Source of the DNA: Hemiscyllium ocellatum
Taxonomy: Eukaryota
Direction: 5' to 3'
NCBI RefSeq assembly: GCF_020745735.1
Contig: NC_083405.1
Span: 124,845,584-124,909,583, forward strand
Length of the DNA stretch: 64,000 nucleotides
In this document: one piece after another, positions 63,125 to 64,000 of the stretch
Layout: each line of letters opens with the position of its first letter
How positions within the stretch are numbered: the first letter of the stretch is position 1
Translations under genes and position numbers: made by a program
The notes under the pieces: model-generated
Seen by the model: the letters and a program-made list of their open reading frames with translations, nothing else
The model's database searches: none
What the model was told of the DNA's origin: nothing

Positions 63125-63566
63125 CATGTCAACACGATGCCTGGAGGAAGAGCACCTCATCTTCCGCCTAGGAACCCTCCAACCACAAGGGATGAACGCA
63201 GATTTCTCCAGCTTTCTCATTTCCCCTCCCCCCACCTTTTCTCAGTCCCAACCCTCAGACTCAGCACCGCCTTCTTGACCTGCAATCTTCTTCCCAACCT
63301 CTCCGCCCCCCCCCCCCCCCCCCCCCAGCCCGACACCCTCACCTTAACCTCCTTCCACCTATCGTAATCCCAATGCCCCTCCCCCAATTCCCCTCTCCCT
63401 ACCTTTTATCTTAGCCTGCTTGGCACACCCTCCTCATTCCTGAAGAAGGGCGTATGTCTGAAACGTCGGTTCTCCTGTTCCTTGGATGCTGTCTGACCTG
63501 CTGCGCTTTTCCAGCAACACATTTTTAAGCTCTGATCTCCAGCACCTGCAGTCCTCACTTTCTCCT
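63125..63566 (+). mobile_element. Penelope-like 3' end (family 1 source type) with hammerhead-like core 63436-63471 and a C21 run at 63306-63326
   Basis: ORF 63084..63278 reads EEEHLIFRLGTLQPQGMN (GIY-YIG C-terminus). Core CTGAAGA A GGGC gtat GTCT GAAAC GTC, then the family-1 terminus. This links the short fold-back elements to a coding Penelope. Confidence 0.8.
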
Positions 63567-63680
63567 TTGACATACTGTGTCAGGAAGCCCTCCTGCACAC
63601 ACTGGACAAAAACTGATCAATCCGACATACTAGAGTTATAGCATTTCCAGTCAATGGTGGGGAAGTTAAAGTCCCCTATA

Positions 63681-63992
63681 ATTAGATTAGATTACTTACG
63701 GTGTGGAAACAGGCCCTTCGGCCCAACAAGTCCACACCGTCCCGCCGAAGCGCAACCCTCCCACACCCCTACATTTACCTCTTACCTAACACTACGGGCA
63801 ATTTAGCATGGCCGATTCACCTGACCCGCACATCTTTGGACTGTGGGAGGAAACCGGAGCACCCGAAGGAAACCCATGCAGACACGGGGAGAACGTGCAA
63901 ACTCCACACAGTCAGTCGCCTGAGTCGGGAATTGAACCCGGGTCTCTGGCGCTGTGAGGCAGCAGTGCTAACCACTGTGCCACCGTGCCGTC
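63681..63992 (-). mobile_element. HE1-type SINE, CpG-rich (young)
   Basis: Reverse complement ggcacggtggcacagtggttagcactgctgcctcacagcgccagagacccgggttcaattcc...; attagattagatt tail. Confidence 0.88.
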
Positions 63993-64000
63993 CAATGACC

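Noticed and set aside
63306-63326. Functional G-quadruplex (C21 run)
   Set aside because: It lies in the pyrimidine tract of a Penelope pLTR and is best explained as homopolymer expansion; length may be a sequencing artefact.
4601-63992. tRNA genes suggested by A/B boxes (tggctcagtgg...ggttcaattcc)
   Set aside because: Each is the head of a roughly 300-bp SINE with a shared body and tail; no complete cloverleaf.
1-64000. The many other 60-170 aa ORFs as host genes
   Set aside because: Most overlap SINE, LINE or Penelope sequence or are antisense shadows; none shows a recognisable host domain.
47867-64000. Additional Ig exons or gene end in the last 16 kb and in the long introns
   Set aside because: I found no further WRKG/YTC-type frames with splice sites by eye; diverged exons could have been missed.

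Overview
This is vertebrate (cartilaginous fish) genomic DNA, not microbial. The elasmobranch call rests on repeated HE1/V-SINE-type SINEs and their CR1/HER1-type LINE partners. The only host gene I can support is an internal part of an obscurin-like gene on the + strand. It has six exons of exactly 267 nt (482-748, 6563-6829, 24536-24802, 28602-28868, 32586-32852, 47600-47866), each one I-set Ig domain flanked by AG/GT phase-1 introns of 3.7-17.7 kb. The introns are mostly nested retroelements (CR1, L2-like, Tx1/L1-like, RTE-like, tRNA-derived SINEs, Penelope-like elements). The most striking unexplained structure is a recurring class of Penelope-derived fold-back insertions. They carry minimal hammerhead-ribozyme motifs (CTGATGA/CTGAAGA...GAAA) whose stems co-vary across about five sequence families, and they have 12-16 bp target-site duplications. 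The class includes a young 531-bp-arm palindrome with twin GIY-YIG ORFs (39.3-40.6 kb) and a nested palindrome that copied its own flanking DNA in inverted orientation (31.3-31.8 kb). All family assignments are by eye, with no database search; repeat boundaries are approximate unless a TSD is given.
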